From assembly GCA_003554865.1 (NCBI GenBank), contig PWHJ01000001.1:14046-78045 (forward strand): a stretch of DNA of 64,000 nucleotides. Direction: 5' to 3'. The translations under genes were made by a program, and so were the position numbers. Shown here in pieces: positions 59,229-64,000 of this stretch (its first letter is position 1; each line of letters opens with the position of its first letter). The DNA comes from Bacteroidota bacterium. Its GTDB lineage: Bacteria > Bacteroidota > Bacteroidia > Bacteroidales > PUMT01. Under the pieces are notes generated by a model, which saw only the letters and a list, made by a program, of their open reading frames with translations, was not told where the DNA came from and ran no database searches.

Positions 59229-60314
59229 ATGGAACTTAAGAAAGGTGACAGGGTTAAATTCCTTAATGACACCGGAGGCGGTGTTATTACCGGCTTCCGT
59301 GACAAAAAAACAGTTATGGTATTGATTGAGGAGGGATTTGAAGTGCCGGTGCCGGTGAAGGAAATAATATGTGAGACTCCGGCAGGGGAATACACCAATG
59401 AGGTCAACCCCGGGCAGTCCGGTTCTGAAGAGGATCTGGCCGGATGGACTGATGAGGGAGAAACTGAAGCGGAAACTGAAGAAGAAACTGACATTGATCC
59501 TGAAGAGCCTGCCGGCAGTGAACCCGAAACCAAAGATATTGAATGCAGCCTTTTTACAGGAGTGATAAAGAGTCATGACAAAGACAGGGAAGTTGATCTT
59601 TATCTTATAAATGACGGTAACTGGAGACTTTTTTATACTTTTCTCATAAAACAAGAGGAGGGCTACCTAAATACTAAGACCGGCATGCTGGAGGAGGAAA
59701 CAAAAATTTTCATCCGCTCCTTTACCCGTGAAGAGATAAATGAGTCACCAGCAATTAAAATACAGGCTATTTTTTACCGTAAAGGAATATATAACCCTTT
59801 ATCACCGGTTCAAAGGGAAATAAATCTTGATCCCGCAGAAATATATACTGCCGACAATTACACGGTAAATGATTATTTTGAGGAAAATGCATTTATCATT
59901 CCGGTTTATTCTGATTTTTATGAAAAGGCTGCAGCCGGGCTTTCACATGAAAAAATTAACAGATTGCTGGCCGAAAAAGAGGATATATCGGATACGACCG
60001 GTAAAAAGTCCACTAAAAAAACAGAGAGTGACCCGAAGGAGGTGGATCTTCACATAGAAGAACTTGTTGAAGACCACAGGGGAATGTCCAACTCAGAAAT
60101 ACTTGAAACGCAGATGGCACGCTTCACAGCAGAGCTGGAGGAGGCAGTCAGGTCCAACAAGCGCAGGATAGTCTTTATTCACGGTGTAGGCAACGGAAAG
60201 CTCAGGTTTAAGATAAGACATGAGCTGGACCGCAAATACCCCCGGCTGAAATATCAGGACGCCTCTTTCAGGGAATACGGGTATGGGGCAACAATGGTTA
60301 TTTTGAGAAAATAA
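59229..60314 (+). CDS. DUF2027 plus Smr/MutS2 C-terminal domain protein
   Basis: GD.V.FLN..GGG N-terminus; EVDLHI, IHGVGNGKL and QDASF.EYGYGAT. Confidence 0.88.
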   Translation: MELKKGDRVKFLNDTGGGVITGFRDKKTVMVLIEEGFEVPVPVKEIICETPAGEYTNEVNPGQSGSEEDLAGWTDEGETEAETEEETDIDPEEPAGSEPETKDIECSLFTGVIKSHDKDREVDLYLINDGNWRLFYTFLIKQEEGYLNTKTGMLEEETKIFIRSFTREEINESPAIKIQAIFYRKGIYNPLSPVQREINLDPAEIYTADNYTVNDYFEENAFIIPVYSDFYEKAAAGLSHEKINRLLAEKEDISDTTGKKSTKKTESDPKEVDLHIEELVEDHRGMSNSEILETQMARFTAELEEAVRSNKRRIVFIHGVGNGKLRFKIRHELDRKYPRLKYQDASFREYGYGATMVILRK

Positions 60315-60351
60315 CCGGCCCTGTAAATCCGTTCTCAGTTTTGCAACAGTA

Positions 60352-60732
60352 ACAGCAGGTCGTTCTATCGCCCCGGCTGGTTAACAACCGGGGAGGAAAG
60401 TCCGGGCAACAAAGGGCGCCATGCTTCCTAGCAGGAAGATACCCGTGAGGGTATGGTAAAGGGAGAAGAAAATAACCGCCCTGCTTTAGCAGGGTAAGGG
60501 TGAGAAGGTGGGGTAAGAGCCCACCGGTGCCGGTGGTGACACCGGCAGCCGTCCCACCCATGGGTTGTAAGGCCATGTATATCACAGGTTGCCGGCAAAG
60601 ACCGGCACACGGGACTGCCCGTCCCGGTTCTGTGAGGGGTAGGCCGCTTGTGCCTGCCGGTGACGGCAGGCCCAGATAAATGATAGAACCCCGCTTTGGC
60701 GGGCGACAGAACCCGGCTTACAGGCCTGCTGT
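60352..60732 (+). ncRNA. rnpB: RNase P RNA (type A)
   Basis: GAGGAAAGTCCGGGC near 60393, GGGTAAGAGCCCACC, AGATAAATGA and ACAGAACCCGGCTTAC universal motifs; terminal P1 helix ACAGCAGG / CCTGCTGT. Confidence 0.96.
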
Positions 60733-60749
60733 TTTTTTATTTAACCGCC

Positions 60750-62534
60750 ATGACAACAAAGCAAAAGCTTGAATCACTTCGCAGATTAATTAAAAAGTAT
60801 GGGTTTTCGGCGTACATCATTCCCAGCTCCGATCCCAACATGAGCTATGATATACCGGCCCGCTACAGGGCCATTGAATGGCTCACCGGTTTTACCGGCT
60901 CTGCAGGGATCCTGGTGGTGACGGGGAATTTTGCGGGGTTGTGGACAGATCCGCGATATTTCATACAGGCTGAAAAGCAGCTCCACGGCACCGGAGTGGA
61001 GCTTATGAAGCTCAATGATCCGCGAAGGCCGGCTTATATTGATTGGTTTGCTGGCAATACACCCAAGGGAGGTATTGTCGGTTTTGACGGTAATGTTGTT
61101 TCGGCCAGACTGGCAAAAATGATAAGGGAGGCACTGGGGGAAAAAGATATAGCCATTGATTACAGCAAAGACCTGATAGACCTGATTTGGAAAGACAGAC
61201 CTGCTCTTCCCCCGGATGCTGTATTTGAGTATGGTGAAAAATTCTCCGGTAAATCGCGAAAAAATAAACTGGATGAGGTAATGAAAGAGCTCAGGGAAGA
61301 GGAGATCGACTTTAACCTTCTTACCTCAGCCGACGATATTGCCTGGCTTTTCAATCTCAGGGGCAGCGACATGCAGCACAGTCCGCTTTTTGTTGCATAT
61401 GCCATAATTTCCAGGTTTAATGCATTGTTGTTTGCAGATGAGTTGAAGATCCCCGGAGGAGTTAAGGCTTCGTTAATGAAGGATGGTGTTTCCATATATA
61501 ATCCCTCTGAAATTGAAAAACACCTGAACAGGTTGCCAAAAGGCAGGCGTGTTTTGCTTACCCCTGCCAAAACCAATATATACCTTTATGATATTATCTC
61601 CTCCCACTGCCGGATAGTTGACGGGAGATCCATTCCGGCTCTTATGAAAACTTCCAAGAATGAGACCGAGATAAGTCATTTGCGCAATGTTATGATAAAA
61701 GAGGGTGTGGCTCTGGTCAGGTTCTTTATCTGGCTCGAGAGGAGCTGCCCGAAGAGATCCATAACCGAATATACCGCAGCGCGTCAACTGGAAATGATCC
61801 GCTCCAGGGAGGATACTTATACAGGCAACAGTTTTTCACCTATCGTTGCCTATGGGGCAAATGCTGCCCAGGCCCATTACACCCCCGGTGAGGAAACAGC
61901 AGCTGAATTGCGGGGCGGTGGACTGCTGCTGGTTGATTCCGGAGCGCAATATCTTGACGGTACCACCGATACAACCCGCACTGTAAGTCTCGGCACTCCA
62001 ACCCGGCAACAGAAACGGGATTTCACACTTGTCCTAAAGGGTCATATAGAGATTGCCACAACCGTTTTCCCGGAAGGGACCAGGGGATTTCACCTGGATG
62101 CCTTTGCCCGTAAGCATATGTGGCGTTACGGTATAAATTACGGTCACGGTACCGGCCACGGTGTCGGCTTCTTTTTAAATGTACATGAAGGTCCGCCTTC
62201 CATAAGCCCAAATTCAGCCAACGACACCTCCCTTCAGCCGGGGATGGTTCTTTCCAACGAACCGGGTATATACAGGGAGGATCAGCACGGAATCCGAACG
62301 GAAAACCTTGTGCTTGTGAAAAAGCATTCTGAAAGCCGGTGGGGTGTTTTTTTAACCTTTGAAACACTCACACTTTTCCCTGTTGAATTCTCTTTGATAG
62401 AGAGCTCAATGCTTTCACCATTTGAGAAAGAGTGGCTTAATAATTATCACAGCCGGGTTTATGAAAAACTTTCCCCGTTTCTTAACCTGAAGGAAAAAGA
62501 GTGGCTGAAAAACAAAACAGCAAAGATCCAATGA
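60750..62534 (+). CDS. Xaa-Pro aminopeptidase (aminopeptidase P, M24B)
   Basis: GFTGSAG, DSG.QY.DGTTD.TRT, HGTGHGVG.FL.VHEGP, SNEPG.Y and GIR.EN; ATG at 60750. Confidence 0.93.
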   Translation: MTTKQKLESLRRLIKKYGFSAYIIPSSDPNMSYDIPARYRAIEWLTGFTGSAGILVVTGNFAGLWTDPRYFIQAEKQLHGTGVELMKLNDPRRPAYIDWFAGNTPKGGIVGFDGNVVSARLAKMIREALGEKDIAIDYSKDLIDLIWKDRPALPPDAVFEYGEKFSGKSRKNKLDEVMKELREEEIDFNLLTSADDIAWLFNLRGSDMQHSPLFVAYAIISRFNALLFADELKIPGGVKASLMKDGVSIYNPSEIEKHLNRLPKGRRVLLTPAKTNIYLYDIISSHCRIVDGRSIPALMKTSKNETEISHLRNVMIKEGVALVRFFIWLERSCPKRSITEYTAARQLEMIRSREDTYTGNSFSPIVAYGANAAQAHYTPGEETAAELRGGGLLLVDSGAQYLDGTTDTTRTVSLGTPTRQQKRDFTLVLKGHIEIATTVFPEGTRGFHLDAFARKHMWRYGINYGHGTGHGVGFFLNVHEGPPSISPNSANDTSLQPGMVLSNEPGIYREDQHGIRTENLVLVKKHSESRWGVFLTFETLTLFPVEFSLIESSMLSPFEKEWLNNYHSRVYEKLSPFLNLKEKEWLKNKTAKIQ

Positions 62535-62636
62535 ATTGGCAACTCTCTTCGCCCTTCGCCAATTAAGCCTGTTTTCCTTGTTTATGGCAGGTATGTTTTA
62601 TTTTTACCCAATAAAACCTAATTTTACAGGTAAAAA

Positions 62637-63677
62637 ATGCATAAAAGAGGTTTTGCCAGCGATAACAACTCGGGTGTTCACCCGCGGATTTTAAAAGCCA
62701 TGGCAGATGTAAACCATGGGCATGTTGCCGCATACGGTAATGATAAGTACACAGCAGAAGCTATAGAAAGGATAAAGGGTTTTTTTGGAAAAGAGTCCCG
62801 GGTCTTTTTCGTTTTTAACGGTACTGGCGCCAATGTGCTTGGCCTTGAAGCACTCACAAAACCGTGGAATTCTGTAATATGTGCAGAGACATCCCATATC
62901 CATTCAGATGAGTGCGGAGCCCCTGAAAAATTCACAGGCTGCAAGCTGCTCACCTTGCCAACACCTGATGGTAAGCTAACAGTTGACCTCATCAAAAAGC
63001 ATATGCACGGATTCGGTTTTGAGCACCATTCTCAACCAGGTGTTATATCCATTACCCAGGCAACTGAAATGGGAACTCTTTATACCCCTGATGAGATAAG
63101 GGTTATAGCAGATTACGCCCATACTCACGGTTTGCACCTTCATGTTGACGGAGCGCGAATCTGCAATGCTGCAGCGGCACTGGACGTATCTTTCAGGGAA
63201 ATGATAAAAGAAACCGGTGTTGACCTGCTTTCTTTCGGGGGTACCAAGAATGGACTTATGTACGGGGAAGCTATAGTTTTTTTGAACCCTTCGCTGGCAG
63301 ATAATTTTAAATATGTCAGAAAGCAGGGGATGCAACTGGCTTCAAAAATGAGGTATATAGCCGCACAGTTCAATGAGATGCTGAAGAATAATTTGTGGCT
63401 TGAAAATGCACTCCATGCGAATAAAATGGCTTCATTGCTGGCAGAGCAGGTTTGTTCACTCTCCGGGGTAAGAATAACCCAAAAAGTTCAGATCAACGGT
63501 GTTTTTGCACAACTGCCTCCTGAAGTGATCCCCCCTCTTAAGGAAGAATACTTCTTTTATTTGTGGAATGAGGAAACTTATGAGGCCAGATGGATGACCT
63601 CATGGGATACCACCGAAGATGATATACTTGGATTCACCCGCCTGCTGAAAGAAATGACCGGTTCACCACAGGGGTGA
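62637..63677 (+). CDS. ltaE: Low-specificity L-threonine aldolase family PLP enzyme
   Basis: FASDN, GTGAN, HI..DECGA, HVDGAR, GGTKNG (PLP Lys) and SKMR. Confidence 0.88.
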   Translation: MHKRGFASDNNSGVHPRILKAMADVNHGHVAAYGNDKYTAEAIERIKGFFGKESRVFFVFNGTGANVLGLEALTKPWNSVICAETSHIHSDECGAPEKFTGCKLLTLPTPDGKLTVDLIKKHMHGFGFEHHSQPGVISITQATEMGTLYTPDEIRVIADYAHTHGLHLHVDGARICNAAAALDVSFREMIKETGVDLLSFGGTKNGLMYGEAIVFLNPSLADNFKYVRKQGMQLASKMRYIAAQFNEMLKNNLWLENALHANKMASLLAEQVCSLSGVRITQKVQINGVFAQLPPEVIPPLKEEYFFYLWNEETYEARWMTSWDTTEDDILGFTRLLKEMTGSPQG

Positions 63678-63702
63678 AAGAAATTTAAAGGATTTATCCT
63701 TA

Positions 63703-63999
63703 TTACTTGTCAAGCAGCCTGACTGCCAAATCCTTTTTGCCGTTTTTCAGAAGCTCACTTCTGATTTGGTTCCTGTACTCTTTTTTATACCAGAAAAAGA
63801 ACTTGTTCTGCACCGTTTTTTCATTCTTTGTACGCGGTACGTAGATCTTGTTTTCAGTAAAAGAATCAATACCTGTATGGTACATCACGGTTGAAAGTGT
63901 CATGGGTGTGGGGGTGAAATCCTGAACCTGCTGCGGACGGATATTCATCTTTTTTGCATCCAGTGCAAGGTGCGCCATATCAACACTGCTGCATCCGGG
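63703..63999 (-). CDS. YgiQ/UPF0313 radical SAM protein, C-terminal part (gene starts beyond the window)
   Basis: Open frame to the window edge reading PGCSSVDM...QVQDFTPTPMTLST.MY.TG. Confidence 0.85.
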   Translation of the reverse strand, partial: PGCSSVDMAHLALDAKKMNIRPQQVQDFTPTPMTLSTVMYHTGIDSFTENKIYVPRTKNEKTVQNKFFFWYKKEYRNQIRSELLKNGKKDLAVRLLDK

Positions 64000-64000
64000 A

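Noticed and set aside
59460-59492. GAAACTGA repeated at 12-nt period in the DUF2027-Smr gene
   Set aside because: Explained by an acidic low-complexity linker (ETEAETEEETD)
60298-60610. Minus-strand ORFs of 95 aa and 60 aa
   Set aside because: Reverse-strand translations of the RNase P RNA gene, a common misannotation
60696-60749. N-terminal extension of aminopeptidase P from TTG at 60696
   Set aside because: Overlaps the rnpB 3' end; ATG at 60750 gives a normal N-terminus

Overview
A gene-dense chromosomal window from an anaerobic Bacteroidota (Bacteroidales/Marinilabiliales-like). The assignment rests on TAnnTTTG promoters, Bacteroidetes-type rnpB, argH and queA, a DUF2027-Smr gene and an E-C-A-B-D-I-K V-type ATPase. 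Housekeeping genes include dapA, truA, secA, dnaX, ndk, nrnA, queA, rnpB, argRGH and a partial ygiQ. Many genes point to peptide and amino-acid fermentation: two S9, one M14, one M28 and one M24 peptidase, a cyanophycinase, Met gamma-lyase, Thr aldolase and pta-ackA-ptb-buk. I found no transposase, integrase, prophage, tRNA/rRNA or CRISPR array. Best leads: (1) an uncharacterised operon of a Na+/solute symporter, a class III CoA-transferase and a divergent 2-oxoacid:ferredoxin oxidoreductase (alpha plus fused beta-gamma); (2) a 1422-aa fused PlsA/PlsR/Ger-like protein suggesting plasmalogen or ether-lipid synthesis; (3) an A11 slippage tract in dnaX with near-immediate stops in both shifted frames; (4) a 43-bp duplication of the argH start region, with an internal antisense segment and a 22-codon uORF, beside a eukaryote-like argG in a reduced arg operon; (5) a complete Na+-binding signature in the V-ATPase K subunit. 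All calls come from motif recognition by eye; no database search was run.
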